Shown: positions 1 to 9,924, counted from the first letter of the stretch. The stretch is DNA of 64,000 nucleotides from a virus (IMGVR_UViG_3300043313_001220:1-64000); one strand, 5' to 3'. A program made the numbers and translations. Notes: generated from the sequence alone by a model not told the origin.

Positions 1-70
1 GCCAGCGGTGCCCGTCTCCGCGCCAGCGGTGCCCGTCTCCGCGCCAGCGGTGCCCGTCTCCGCGCCAGCG
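1..70 (+). repeat. 21-bp tandem repeat GCCAGCGGTGCCCGTCTCCGC, about 3.3 copies (coding)
   Basis: Exact copies start at 1, 22 and 43, partial copy at 64. Confidence 0.95.
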
Positions 71-127
71 AAGAAGGTCACGGCCAAGAAGACCCCACCC
101 AAGGCCACTACTGCGAAAGGTGAGTGA
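1..127 (+). CDS. partial CDS (3' end), Pro/Ala/Lys-rich tail with PAVPVSA repeats
   Basis: Frame 2 is open from the window edge to TGA at 125-127; ends KKVTAKKTPPKATTAKGE. Confidence 0.6.
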   Translation, partial: PAVPVSAPAVPVSAPAVPVSAPAKKVTAKKTPPKATTAKGE

Positions 128-130
128 CCC

Positions 131-835
131 GTGCCATCCATCTGCCATAGCCCGATCCAGGGCACCAGGATGCGGGTCACGCGCCTGGACAACTGCGGTG
201 CCCCCGTCGAGGGCGACTGTTCGACTGTCGTGTCGGAGGGCTTCATTTCGGTCCAGATGACCGACAACATCGAACCGCCGGACGAGATCAAGCAGAAGAA
301 CGCCGCCGGCAGGTACTGCTACCCGCCGGTCCGGACCGACCCGCTGTTGAACTGGATCGAAGTCGCGATCCAGTTCTGTGAGGTCGACCCGGAGCTGTTC
401 GAGATCGTCACCGGCTCGCCGATCGTCATTGACGACGCGAGTCCGGAGCCGAACGCGATCGGTTTCGGCACCGACACCGACACCTACGCCACAGCGCGGT
501 TCGGCCTGGAGGTGTGGACCAACCTGGCGGGCGATGTGGCCTGTTCGGAAGACGGGGAGCGGTTCGGGTACCTGCTCCTGCCGTTCATGAAGGAAGGTAC
601 CTACGGGGACCTCACCATCGAGAACGGCCCGATCAACTTCACGGTCAACGGCATCACCGCCGGGGGCTCCCAGTGGGGGGTCGGGCCGTACGACGTCGTC
701 CTGGACGCCGCCGGGCTGCCGTCGCCGCTGCTGGCCGCGATCCCGACCACCCGCCACCGGCAGTGGATGCTCACGCAGCTCCCGCCGCCAGAGGCATCCT
801 GCGGCTGCCAACCGCTGGTCATCCCGAGCGTCTAA
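131..835 (+). CDS. probable major tail (tube) protein
   Basis: 234 aa; RVTRLDNCGAP..GFISV N-terminus resembles actinophage tail-tube proteins; followed by a strong hairpin; lies in the structural module. Confidence 0.6.
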   Translation: MPSICHSPIQGTRMRVTRLDNCGAPVEGDCSTVVSEGFISVQMTDNIEPPDEIKQKNAAGRYCYPPVRTDPLLNWIEVAIQFCEVDPELFEIVTGSPIVIDDASPEPNAIGFGTDTDTYATARFGLEVWTNLAGDVACSEDGERFGYLLLPFMKEGTYGDLTIENGPINFTVNGITAGGSQWGVGPYDVVLDAAGLPSPLLAAIPTTRHRQWMLTQLPPPEASCGCQPLVIPSV

Positions 836-836
836 C

Positions 837-876
837 GCGATGCTGCGGGCCTCCTCACTGAGGCCCGCAGCATCGC
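837..876 (+). terminator. 17-bp perfect hairpin, terminator or mRNA stabiliser
   Basis: GCGATGCTGCGGGCCTC-ctcact-GAGGCCCGCAGCATCGC directly after the stop codon. Confidence 0.75.
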
Positions 877-894
877 CCGGAGGGGGAGGGGCCA

Positions 895-2007
895 GTGACG
901 GCAGTCGGCTACACGTCCGGCGATCCACGGAAGGTCAGCCGCACTGGCGACACCATGTCGGGGGACCTGGAGTTGCTCGGCGCGGCCGACCTGACGGTCG
1001 CCGATGACGTGACGGTCGGCGACGACATGGATGTTGCCGGGACATCGACCGTCGCGTTCACCGGAGCCACCCTCAACGTGGCCCAGCTGCTGGCCATCGG
1101 GCTGTCGACCGCGATCATCTCCGGCGGCGACATGACTCCGAACACCGACCCGACAAAGATCGACATCTCGGCGACGACCGGCTACATCGTCACCTACAAT
1201 TCGACGGCACCGCTGAGCCCGACAAACCCGATGCTGACCTTTGTCAGTGCCCCCGCGCAGATCGGCATTACGCCGGCAGTCGTCCCGGTCACCTTCTTCA
1301 TGTTCGACAACACCGCAACCCTGATCCAGCAGGCGACCGTGCCGACCCCGACGCAGCGCCGCACCCACCTATTTGTTGGGATCACCGCGACTGTTGCCGG
1401 CATCATCGTCGTAGACCAGTCCCTGCCGGTCATCCCGAGCCAGCTCAACAACCAGCTGGTCGACCTGATTAACGGCCTGGGTCCATACAGCACCGCCGGC
1501 AACGTTGTGTCAGCCAACGGCGTCAACCTGACTTTCAACAAGACTGCCGGGGCCATGTTCGCCCGAGCATTCTCGCAGGTCCCCACCCCGCAGGACCCCC
1601 ACAACGCCAGCCTGGCGGCTCAGACGCCAGTACAGTTTCGGGGCATCACCGCCAGCCCGGCATTCTTCGGCCCCCTGACGTCGACCCTCGATGTGGCAAA
1701 CTACGACCCGGGCGGCCTGGGGGTCATCACCCCTGTTGGCGGAGGCGCGAACACGACGACAAACTTCCGGGTGGTTGGATTCGCCAACAACACGATCCCC
1801 GAGCAGATTCTGGTCCAGTACGGGCAGAACACCTACTCGTCCCTGGCGAACGCGGTCGCAGCCCTCGGATCGGGCGCGTTCATTCCCAACCAGGCCCTGT
1901 CTGCCGGAGCCCTGCTGGGTTGGATCTCCGTCATCCGGACCGCCACCAACCTGTCCAACCCGGCACAGGCCATATTCACCAAAGCTTCGAAGTTCGCGAC
2001 CCCCTGA
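895..2007 (+). CDS. virion structural protein (beta-rich, T/A/N/G-rich)
   Basis: 370 aa, RBS upstream, fibre/decoration-like composition. Confidence 0.6.
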   Translation: MTAVGYTSGDPRKVSRTGDTMSGDLELLGAADLTVADDVTVGDDMDVAGTSTVAFTGATLNVAQLLAIGLSTAIISGGDMTPNTDPTKIDISATTGYIVTYNSTAPLSPTNPMLTFVSAPAQIGITPAVVPVTFFMFDNTATLIQQATVPTPTQRRTHLFVGITATVAGIIVVDQSLPVIPSQLNNQLVDLINGLGPYSTAGNVVSANGVNLTFNKTAGAMFARAFSQVPTPQDPHNASLAAQTPVQFRGITASPAFFGPLTSTLDVANYDPGGLGVITPVGGGANTTTNFRVVGFANNTIPEQILVQYGQNTYSSLANAVAALGSGAFIPNQALSAGALLGWISVIRTATNLSNPAQAIFTKASKFATP

Positions 2008-2015
2008 GGACGGAT

Positions 2016-2306
2016 ATGGCAAGCAATGAAGGCCACGTACATTGGTCGCGGTTGGCCGACGAGACGGTCAACTACCTCGACCAAGAGTTGCAGGCCACCA
2101 GCGATGTCAGCAACATCAAGACAGATGCTGTGAACATCGGCGACGACCCGATCGGCCTCATCCGCATCTGTGCCGTGGGGTCGATCGAGACCGGGCTCGC
2201 GCTACCGACCGAAGGATGGGAGGCCATCCCCGGCACCGACCCGATCCTTGAAGCCCGGATGGACGCCCACTACCCCTCCGACTACATCCGCGTCCGACAG
2301 CAGTGA
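2016..2306 (+). CDS. hypothetical protein
   Basis: GAGGA RBS, packs tightly between neighbours. Confidence 0.6.
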   Translation: MASNEGHVHWSRLADETVNYLDQELQATSDVSNIKTDAVNIGDDPIGLIRICAVGSIETGLALPTEGWEAIPGTDPILEARMDAHYPSDYIRVRQQ

Positions 2307-2319
2307 GGAGGCCGACACC

Positions 2320-3435
2320 ATGACCAACTATGCGCAGGGCAGCACCGCAGTCTTGAGTGCGCAATTCCGCGAATTCGCGCCGGACGGCCCGCTCACCAAC
2401 GTCGACAACCTGACGATCACCATCGTGCCGCTGCTCGGCGGTACGGCGGCGCTGGCGACCACCAGTGTCGGGATTACCAACCCGGCGACCGGCATCTACG
2501 GCTACCCGTGGTTCGTGCCGTTCAGCATCGCTACCGGGCAGTATGTCGTCATCTGGGAGGGTGACGATCCCGGCACCGGCGACCCGGTGACGGCCACCGA
2601 GCAAACCGGCGTCACACTCCCCAACGCTACCGGCGGCGGGATCGATGGCCCGTGCGGCTGGGACATCGACACCAGCTGTGTTGCGAACTGGGACGAACTC
2701 CCGGAAGCGGCACAGATGGTCGGCTATCACCTGTCCACCCTCATGCTCTGGGCGTTGACCGGCCGCCGGTTCGGCCAATGCGAGATCACTGTGCAGCCAT
2801 GCATGGAGCGCAAGCGCTGGCCGCTGTACGAGACCTTCCCGGTGCCCAGCTACGGGGGTGGCGGGGCAGGCGGGTTCGGCGGGTTCTTTCCGTACATCCT
2901 GGACGGCTCGTGGTTCAACGGCGGATGCGGGGGCGGATGCCGCTGCCGCGCCCGATGCGAGGTCGCCCTGGACGGGCCGACCGACACCGCCAGCATCTTG
3001 GAGGTCACCACCCACGGGGAGGTGATCGTACCGACCGCCTACCAGATCCAGAACGGCTACCTGCTGGTGCGCACAGACGGCCACTGCTGGCCCGGCTGCG
3101 TCAACTACAGTGACCAGGACCCTGCCGCGTTCACGGTCAATTACCTGCGCGGTGAGGAGCTGCCGCCGGGGTTGCAGATCGCCGCGGGCATCCTCGCGGG
3201 CGAGTTCGCGATGTCATGCGCGGGGGACGACAACTGTCGGCTGCCGGCACGGTTGACGTCGCTGACCCGCCAGGGTGTGAGTGTTCAGGTGGCGACGATC
3301 AACAGCTACCTCGATCTCGGAATGACCGAGATCCCCGAGGTCGACGCGATCGTGGTAGCGCTGAACCCGTACCGCCAGGTCGAGCGGTCCCGGGTGTATT
3401 CGCTGGACCGGCCGCGCCCGCGCATGGTGACCTGA
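2320..3435 (+). CDS. head-to-tail adaptor with an extra N-terminal Ig-like domain
   Basis: GAGGAGG RBS; LWALTGRRFG and CRLPARLTSLTRQGV motifs resemble actinophage adaptors. Confidence 0.6.
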   Translation: MTNYAQGSTAVLSAQFREFAPDGPLTNVDNLTITIVPLLGGTAALATTSVGITNPATGIYGYPWFVPFSIATGQYVVIWEGDDPGTGDPVTATEQTGVTLPNATGGGIDGPCGWDIDTSCVANWDELPEAAQMVGYHLSTLMLWALTGRRFGQCEITVQPCMERKRWPLYETFPVPSYGGGGAGGFGGFFPYILDGSWFNGGCGGGCRCRARCEVALDGPTDTASILEVTTHGEVIVPTAYQIQNGYLLVRTDGHCWPGCVNYSDQDPAAFTVNYLRGEELPPGLQIAAGILAGEFAMSCAGDDNCRLPARLTSLTRQGVSVQVATINSYLDLGMTEIPEVDAIVVALNPYRQVERSRVYSLDRPRPRMVT

Positions 3436-3980
3436 TGTCGGTTTCCGACAAGGTGATCAAACCGGTGGCGCACCGACTGCTGGCCTGCCTGGACGAGCAG
3501 CGGTTGAAGATCGACGCCGACGTGCGCCCCGCGTTGATCGGCCTGCGACCCGGCAACGTGATGGATCTATTGCTGTCGATGAACGACAGCGAATGCTGCA
3601 AGGGCATCGCCTGGGTGCGGGTCGATGGGGTGTTCCCGTCCGCCGACAACTTTCCGAACCCCGACCTATTGCCGATGCAGCGATGCGGCATCCGCCAATG
3701 GGCGATCCGGTTCGAGATCGGCATCGCCCGGTGTGCCCCGACGCCGGGAGCACGAAAGATGACCACCACCGACGTGTGGAACACCGCCGCGGACCAGATC
3801 TACGACGACTTCGCGGCCCTGGACAAGACCATCTGCTGCTTCGCGGACGGCTACCGTTGGGCGTGGGTGGCCGGGCAGTGGACGCCTCTGCCGACCGGCG
3901 GTGCCTGTATGGGCGGCTCGATCACGCTGACGGTGGCGGCCCCGGCCTGCAACTGCGGGCCCGACGACTCGCCGTCTTGA
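3435..3980 (+). CDS. putative tail terminator/neck protein
   Basis: TGATG coupling; Cys-rich; synteny after the adaptor. Confidence 0.5.
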   Translation: MSVSDKVIKPVAHRLLACLDEQRLKIDADVRPALIGLRPGNVMDLLLSMNDSECCKGIAWVRVDGVFPSADNFPNPDLLPMQRCGIRQWAIRFEIGIARCAPTPGARKMTTTDVWNTAADQIYDDFAALDKTICCFADGYRWAWVAGQWTPLPTGGACMGGSITLTVAAPACNCGPDDSPS

Positions 3981-4003
3981 CAGTCAACTGATATACTCGG
4001 GTG

Positions 4004-4558
4004 ATGAACCCCCCCGGACCCGACCCATACCAACAGCGATATCTCGACCACCAGAGTCGGAAACGCGACGTGCTGGCGCAGCTGTTGGCCGAACGCCACA
4101 GCGACCGGATGTTCACCGACGACCAGCTGTCGACCAGCGACTTCGGCGTGCTGGCCGATGCGATCTTGACCGCGCCATCCTCGTGCGACCGCCGGGCGGT
4201 CTACTCGGTACCGGTAACCGACCGCGACACCAAGGCCCTGCTCGGCGGCCTGCTGGTCGGCGGAGTCGGCTGGGTCCACCGCGCGCCGCTGGTCTTCCTC
4301 CTGCTGGCCGACCGGGATGCCTACAAGGCGGGCGACGAGGTCACCCATATGCCCTACCTGGACGCGGGGGCGATCATCGGCCAGCTCGGGCTGGCCGCCG
4401 CCGCGCTCGGGCTGGTGGGCAGTTGCATCAACCCGAACATCCGCGAAGCCCACCTGCCGCTGTTCGAAGCGCGGTTCGGCCCGGATCTGTTCTGCGGGGC
4501 GTACGCGGTCGGCCACCCCCGGGGACAGACGCCCCCGTGGGTCCTGGAGACCAGCTGA
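4004..4558 (+). CDS. nitroreductase-family flavoprotein
   Basis: RHSDRMF, APSSCDR and DAG..IGQLGLAAAALGLVGSCI motifs. Confidence 0.75.
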   Translation: MNPPGPDPYQQRYLDHQSRKRDVLAQLLAERHSDRMFTDDQLSTSDFGVLADAILTAPSSCDRRAVYSVPVTDRDTKALLGGLLVGGVGWVHRAPLVFLLLADRDAYKAGDEVTHMPYLDAGAIIGQLGLAAAALGLVGSCINPNIREAHLPLFEARFGPDLFCGAYAVGHPRGQTPPWVLETS

Positions 4559-5253
4559 TGCCCCGGCTGGTCGCGGTCTACGCACGCCGCCACGAACCGC
4601 AGTGGCTGGTCGATGAGCTGCACGCCAACCTGTCACCGTGGGTCGACGCCCTGGTCGAGGTCGACGATCGGATGCGCCCGGCCACCGAACCGTGGGGCCA
4701 CGAGGGGGCGCTGCGTGCCCGGCAGTGGCAGGCCGCGATGCAGGCCGGTGCCGACTGGGTGTTGATGGTCGACCCGGACGAAAGGCTCGAGGATCGAGCT
4801 GGCGATGCAATCCGCCCGCTGATGGACGGCCGGGATGCACTCTACCGGGTGACGCTGCGGGAGCTGTTCCAGCCGACCGCCTACCGGATCGACAGCAAGT
4901 GGGGGGTGCTGCGCCGCACGCGGCTGTTCCCGCTGCGACCGGGTCAGCAGATGTCGGCGAAGGCGATCCACGCTCCCGCGGTGCCGGTGTTGACCAACCT
5001 GCCCCGGCTGGAGGTCGATGTCAACCTGTACCATCTGAAGATGATCGAACCGGCCAATCGGCAACGGCGGGCGGCGGCCTACAACCGGGCGGAGGCGCAG
5101 CACGGGGTGCGCCGCCGGCAGTGGGGTGCCATGTCGCAGACCAGCGGGATGCGGCTGGAGCAGATCCCCGGTGGCCGGCAGTTCACCCCCGGCTACAGCC
5201 GCCCCTACATCATCCCACCGTCAACATCCCCCGGAAGGCTCGTACGTCGATGA
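4558..5253 (+). CDS. GT-A (family 2-like) glycosyltransferase
   Basis: ADWVLMVDPDER DxD motif and downstream RLFP/IH motifs; TGATG coupling. Confidence 0.7.
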   Translation: MPRLVAVYARRHEPQWLVDELHANLSPWVDALVEVDDRMRPATEPWGHEGALRARQWQAAMQAGADWVLMVDPDERLEDRAGDAIRPLMDGRDALYRVTLRELFQPTAYRIDSKWGVLRRTRLFPLRPGQQMSAKAIHAPAVPVLTNLPRLEVDVNLYHLKMIEPANRQRRAAAYNRAEAQHGVRRRQWGAMSQTSGMRLEQIPGGRQFTPGYSRPYIIPPSTSPGRLVRR

Positions 5254-5495
5254 AGCTCATCCACCACGCCAAAGACCCGTGCCGGTGTCACGATAAACTC
5301 GAAGAGTACGAGAAAGGTCTCGCCGAGGGTGTCGTGCTCGGGGTGGGTTCCATCGTGGAGTGCGACTGCGGCGAGCGCTACAAGCTGATTGACGACCAGC
5401 GCGAGGGGCCGTTCTGGAAGCGCATCATCCCCCCACTATTGGCCGGTTTTGGTCGCGCCCCCTCCGAGATCCTCTACCACCGGGAGTCGCCGTGA
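5250..5495 (+). CDS. hypothetical small Cys/His protein
   Basis: ATGA overlap; CRC and CDCG motifs. Confidence 0.55.
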   Translation: MKLIHHAKDPCRCHDKLEEYEKGLAEGVVLGVGSIVECDCGERYKLIDDQREGPFWKRIIPPLLAGFGRAPSEILYHRESP

Positions 5496-6271
5496 CTCCG
5501 CTGGACGTCGTCTACATCGTCAAAGCGGGCGAGAGCAACGAGGAGCTGCGCCACAGCCTGCGCAGCCTCGCCAACATGCCGGTCCGGCAGGTGTGGATGG
5601 TCGGCTATCGCCCGAAGTGGGTCAAAGAGACGGTCGGCTACATCCCGGTGGTCCAACGCGGCCAGAAGAACCAGAACACCTGGCACAACTGGCGGGCGAT
5701 GGCCGCCAGTGCCGAACTGCCCGACCGGTTCGTACTGATGAACGACGACTTTTTCGTGATGCGCCCGGTCACGGAGGTCCCGACCTACCACCGCGGCAAC
5801 CTGGATGTGATGATCGACTGGTATGCGCAGCAGCGGTTGAACAGCTGGCGCAGCCGGGCAGTGTCGACCCGCGCCCTGCTGCGGGCGGTCCACCCCGATG
5901 TCGAGCTGTACAGCTATGAGCTGCACCTGCCGCTGACGGTCGACAAGGCGGCGATGGCCGAAGCGTTGAACCACCTGGCGCACAGCCGCCGCGCCCCGGC
6001 CGAGCTGTACAACAAGCGGACCTGGTATGGCAACCACGCCCAGATCGGCGGGGTGAAGGTCGGCGATGTGAAGACGATGGGTGGGAAGGCGGGGATGCCG
6101 ACCACCGACCTGCCGTTCCTGTCGACGTCGCCGCACAGTTGGCCCGGCCTGGTCGGCGGGACGGTGCGCCGGATCTTCGCCGAGATGTCCCCCTACGAGC
6201 GGGTCCCGAGCAGCGGCCTGTACCGCCCATCGACGCTAACGAGCCGGAGGCTTACCCGTGTCGGACAATGA
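5492..6271 (+). CDS. Stealth-family-like sugar-phosphate transferase/glycosyltransferase
   Basis: DVVY, ELRHSLRSL and FVLMNDDFF resemble Stealth conserved regions. Confidence 0.65.
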   Translation: MTPLDVVYIVKAGESNEELRHSLRSLANMPVRQVWMVGYRPKWVKETVGYIPVVQRGQKNQNTWHNWRAMAASAELPDRFVLMNDDFFVMRPVTEVPTYHRGNLDVMIDWYAQQRLNSWRSRAVSTRALLRAVHPDVELYSYELHLPLTVDKAAMAEALNHLAHSRRAPAELYNKRTWYGNHAQIGGVKVGDVKTMGGKAGMPTTDLPFLSTSPHSWPGLVGGTVRRIFAEMSPYERVPSSGLYRPSTLTSRRLTRVGQ

Positions 6272-6572
6272 CCACCCGCTGGTCCACATCCGTGTGACCG
6301 TCAACGTCAACAGCATGCGGCGCGGGCAGGAGCTCCAGGTCCCGCTGACCGAGCACATCGAGGGCCTGTCGCTAGCCGGGTACATCCAGATCCTCGGGCA
6401 CGTCCACCCGCCGGTCCAGGCTGCTGCCGAGCCGCCGCCCGGGGTGGCCGCGTCAGCGGTGGCCGAGCTGATAGAGCCCGAGCCGGCCGAGGCCGTGCCG
6501 ACCCCGGCGAAGCCGAAGCGCGTGCGCTCGAAGGTGGTGGTCGACGATGGCGGTAGCGAGGGTTCGTCTTAA
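6258..6572 (+). CDS. hypothetical protein
   Basis: GGAGG RBS, 104 aa. Confidence 0.6.
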   Translation: MSDNDHPLVHIRVTVNVNSMRRGQELQVPLTEHIEGLSLAGYIQILGHVHPPVQAAAEPPPGVAASAVAELIEPEPAEAVPTPAKPKRVRSKVVVDDGGSEGSS

Positions 6573-6978
6573 CCTCAACCTCGGGGTGGTCAACGACATC
6601 GGGATGGACGAGGCCCGCCGGCACGTCCTGGACATGACCCGGGCGACGTTGAACCGGGCGAACGTACTCACCCCCGTACGGACCGGCAACCTGCGCGGCC
6701 ACAACGACATGCGGCTGTGGGAGACCGGCCTGGTCGCCTACGGGGAGGTCTTCAACAACGTGCAGTATGCCGCTGCCGTGCACAACGGGGCCGACCCGCG
6801 GGTGATCGAGGCGAAACCCCGGGCGGGTGGCCGGCAAGGCGCGCTGCGGTTCAAAGCCGGGAGCCGCTACATCTACCGCAAGCGGGTTAACTGGCCGGGC
6901 ACCCGCCCCCGTCCGTGGCTGACCACCGCGATGATCCAGGTAGCGCCACAGTACGGGTTCGAGATCGTCGACATCTAG
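6547..6978 (+). CDS. HK97 gp10-like tail completion protein
   Basis: TPVRTGNLR, YAAAVHNG and PGTRPRPWL motifs. Confidence 0.75.
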   Translation: MAVARVRLNLNLGVVNDIGMDEARRHVLDMTRATLNRANVLTPVRTGNLRGHNDMRLWETGLVAYGEVFNNVQYAAAVHNGADPRVIEAKPRAGGRQGALRFKAGSRYIYRKRVNWPGTRPRPWLTTAMIQVAPQYGFEIVDI

Positions 6979-6982
6979 ACAT

Positions 6983-7013
6983 GCTGCTGCCCCCGAAACT
7001 CGGGGGCAGCAGC
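6983..7013. terminator. bidirectional hairpin terminator between convergent genes
   Basis: GCTGCTGCCCCCG-aaact-CGGGGGCAGCAGC. Confidence 0.75.
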
Positions 7014-7014
7014 C

Positions 7015-7533
7015 TTAGAATGGCTCGTAACGCCATCCGTCAGCGGCCAACGCGGCCACCATCGCCTCGAACTCGGCGATCGGGAGCTGGACCACAGTGA
7101 ACGGATATAGCCCGGTCGCCTTCACGCCGAGCCCCGCCGCCTGCCCGATGGCCGACCCCAGCCGACCATTGCGCGCCTGATCCTTGCTGCGTTGGGCGTC
7201 GGCTGCGGCGATGCGCTCCCGCCGGGCCTTGCCGACCTGCGGCGCGATCTGCTCGTAGGGTCCGCGCAGCGCGTTCAACATCGCGATCTTCAGCCGGGGT
7301 TGGGGATACTCGCCGGGCCCGTCCTGGACCTCGACCAGGATGCCACGGGTGCCCATCAGGGTCGGCCTGCCGACATCACGGTACTTCCTGGTGTGGAAGT
7401 CCCACTTCCAGTGGCGCACGACCGGGTCAAGGACCTTCACCTCCGGCGTGTCGAACCTGGACCAGCCTTCCGCCCATTTGTTGGACGGGTCCCAGTACAG
7501 GATGTCGTCTTCTTTGATCTCGGTTGCCTTCAC
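7015..7533 (-). CDS. hypothetical protein
   Basis: AGGAG RBS, 172 aa. Confidence 0.65.
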   Translation of the reverse strand: MKATEIKEDDILYWDPSNKWAEGWSRFDTPEVKVLDPVVRHWKWDFHTRKYRDVGRPTLMGTRGILVEVQDGPGEYPQPRLKIAMLNALRGPYEQIAPQVGKARRERIAAADAQRSKDQARNGRLGSAIGQAAGLGVKATGLYPFTVVQLPIAEFEAMVAALAADGWRYEPF

Positions 7534-7562
7534 GGCGTCTCCTAACGGTTGACTGGCGTCGT

Positions 7563-7754
7563 CTAGCGATTGAGCAGCCGCTCGTACCAGCGCAGGGGGC
7601 GCAGGTTGACGCGACTGACGGGGTAGAGCGTGGTCTTGTGGGCGATCAGGATGGTGTCTGGGGTCGGGCCGGGGGCGACAGCGTTCACGTAGTCACCGGT
7701 CGCCCGGTGGCGCAGTCGCTGGTAGCGGTCGAAGATGCGGTGTCTATGGTCCAT
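7563..7754 (-). CDS. hypothetical protein
   Basis: GGAGG RBS before ATG. Confidence 0.45.
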   Translation of the reverse strand: MDHRHRIFDRYQRLRHRATGDYVNAVAPGPTPDTILIAHKTTLYPVSRVNLRPLRWYERLLNR

Positions 7755-7804
7755 TGCTGCCTCCACGGTCGGGCCGGGGGGCCATGCGCCCCCCGGCCTG
7801 GTGG

Positions 7805-8374
7805 TCAGTCGTTGGTGCCCAGGATGTGCGCCATGCCGTTGTCGATCAGCCACTGGCGACCGGCGGTCGTGGCCCGATAGAACGGGTTCGCGTCAGCCGC
7901 CTCGACCAGTTTCATCCGCTGCAACCGCCGAACGGTACCCCCGGTGCCCTTGTGGCCCCGGGCGTAGCCGACATCCCCGGTGGCGTACCACTTCAAATAT
8001 GCCTCCTGGGTGGGGGTCAACTTCGGGGTGTGGACCGCGCTGGTCGGGCGGGTGGCCGTCTCTTCCGCGTGGTGGGCGGCGGCAGCCTGGGTCGGGACGG
8101 CCAGCGCGGTGCGGATCTCGCCGAGCGCGACAGAGGTCCAGGCGTGCGAGTCGACGCGGATCGCGACCCTCTCGCCGAGCTTGAACCACCGGTCCTTGCC
8201 GCTCTGGTAGACCCAGCGGACGTGGGTGCCGTTGGCGGTACGAATGGTCTCGACGCGCTCCAGCGTGAAGTTCGGAGCGTACTGCTCGTCTTTGACCGGC
8301 CACAGACACACCCCCAGCGGGGCGTCCTGTGCTGCGACGGTCGTGTCGACCAGGGTGGGGGTCGGGGTGTTCAT
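7805..8374 (-). CDS. hypothetical protein, C-terminal winged-helix-like region
   Basis: GAGGAGG RBS; TVRRLQRMKLV..RATTAG pattern. Confidence 0.65.
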   Translation of the reverse strand: MNTPTPTLVDTTVAAQDAPLGVCLWPVKDEQYAPNFTLERVETIRTANGTHVRWVYQSGKDRWFKLGERVAIRVDSHAWTSVALGEIRTALAVPTQAAAAHHAEETATRPTSAVHTPKLTPTQEAYLKWYATGDVGYARGHKGTGGTVRRLQRMKLVEAADANPFYRATTAGRQWLIDNGMAHILGTND

Positions 8375-8384
8375 CGGGTCCTCC

Positions 8385-8678
8385 TCAGGCGCTCTGCGGC
8401 GGAATGGCCGCGATCAGGATGTTGATGTAGTCGATGTCGGTCGGGTCGGCTCCCGCGGCGACCCTCACCGCGTCTTCTTCATAGGCGCGGGCGATGGCCT
8501 CGTCGGCCTCGGGGAACCGGCGCTCCAGCTCGGTGATGACCCAGCTGCGAGACAGCAGGATCTCGGGGGTGGGCTTGGTGTTGGCGGCGCTGTCCAGGTG
8601 CCGCAGGGTCTCGATCAGGGTGGCGGTGGATGCACTGCCGTAGATCATGCGGAGCTGGGCGGTAACGTCGATGGCCAT
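8385..8678 (-). CDS. hypothetical protein
   Basis: GAGGAGG RBS. Confidence 0.65.
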   Translation of the reverse strand: MAIDVTAQLRMIYGSASTATLIETLRHLDSAANTKPTPEILLSRSWVITELERRFPEADEAIARAYEEDAVRVAAGADPTDIDYINILIAAIPPQSA

Positions 8679-8705
8679 CGGGTCCTCCTCGGGTTGGGGC
8701 GGGTG

Positions 8706-8918
8706 TCAGCCCGCGATGAGCTGGTCGATAGTCGGCAGGCTGTCCCGGTCGGTCTTGCGGGCGCTGCCCACGACATTGAAGGTCGCGCTCCGGGGGTTGG
8801 GGTTCTCCGCCAGCTTCTTGATGAGGATGTTCTCGGCTTCCCGGATGGTCCGCGCGTCGACAACCACCCGGATGGTCTGGTCGGTTCCGAGAAACCGGAT
8901 CTCCGCGATCTTCGCCAT
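8706..8918 (-). CDS. hypothetical protein
   Basis: GAGGAG RBS; first gene after a promoter. Confidence 0.6.
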   Translation of the reverse strand: MAKIAEIRFLGTDQTIRVVVDARTIREAENILIKKLAENPNPRSATFNVVGSARKTDRDSLPTIDQLIAG

Positions 8919-8968
8919 GGGGGTCTCCTCGGGTGGATGGGGGGCGGGCAATCTGGCCGCCAACCCCC

Positions 8969-9009
8969 ATCCTACCGTCCTGACACGCGACGTGTCAAGT
9001 GGTGTGTCA
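8969..9009 (-). promoter_or_regulatory. promoter TTGACA-N18-TAGGAT with upstream TGACAC box
   Basis: Read directly from the sequence. Confidence 0.7.
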
Positions 9010-9924
9010 CTTCGCCATCTTGCCATAACAAGTGCGGCCGAGACCCCTTTCAATCGAAGAACCCTCCGTAAGAATGATCCCGCAGCGGCAACAGGAACCG
9101 TAGAGCTTGCCCCACGCCATCGCGTCTTCGAGGCTCATCTTCCACTCGGGCCGCAGCCGCTTGATGGCCCCCGGAACGTAGACGAAGCCATGGGTGGCGG
9201 TCTTGCCCCGCACCAGCCTGGGCTCTTCGAGGGCAACGAGCTGTTTTGCGTAAAGCTGGCCCGAACCGTGGTGGGCGACCTGCACCTTCCAGATCGTGCC
9301 ATCTCCGTCTTCGTACATGCCTTCCGTGACCCCGGCCAGCGGCTCTCCGATGGCCGGCACGGGGGCGGCGGGTGCCGGACCGTCCGCCATCTCCTGGAGC
9401 CGCGCGGCGAGCTTACGCCCCTCGTCGTAGGCCATCGTCGCGAGCCGGGCCGCGAACGCCTCATCCATCGCCGGGTTGCGGCTGCCGTCTGCCTTGCCCA
9501 TCTTGCGGGTCCACAGGTCCTGGAGGTGGACCCGCAGCTCGGGGTTCAGTGGCCGGGGGGTGCTGGCGAGGATCGAGATCAGGTTGTCGATCTGGCGGCT
9601 GATCCCCTGGCGGGTGCGGGTCGGCAGCAGCTCGGTCAGCTCGGCGCAGACCGCCTTGTCGTGGCCCCACAGACGGCGCAGCAGGTCGGTCGCGTAGCCG
9701 ATCTGGCCGGGCTGCGCCATGTCGGGCTTGCGGGCCTTCTTCGGGCCGCCCGTGCGCTGCATCGGGAACCCGCCGCCCGCGATCGGGGAGGGCCCCTCCT
9801 TGCTGTATTTGTCGATCAGCCGCTGGTTGATCTCCAGCTCGGCGGTGGTGCCGCCGTTGGCCAACAGATATTGCCTGGCGTCCTGGACCATCTCCAGCTC
9901 GGTGCTGGCGACTGCGAGTGCCAT
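9007..9924 (-). CDS. hypothetical protein with C-terminal DUF6011-like zinc-binding domain
   Basis: YGSCCRCGIILT..SIERGLGRTC. Confidence 0.65.
   Translation of the reverse strand: MALAVASTELEMVQDARQYLLANGGTTAELEINQRLIDKYSKEGPSPIAGGGFPMQRTGGPKKARKPDMAQPGQIGYATDLLRRLWGHDKAVCAELTELLPTRTRQGISRQIDNLISILASTPRPLNPELRVHLQDLWTRKMGKADGSRNPAMDEAFAARLATMAYDEGRKLAARLQEMADGPAPAAPVPAIGEPLAGVTEGMYEDGDGTIWKVQVAHHGSGQLYAKQLVALEEPRLVRGKTATHGFVYVPGAIKRLRPEWKMSLEDAMAWGKLYGSCCRCGIILTEGSSIERGLGRTCYGKMAK

Noticed and set aside
1-70. 21-bp tandem repeat as a regulatory or CRISPR-like element
   Set aside because: In-frame coding repeat (PAVPVSA) with no spacers.
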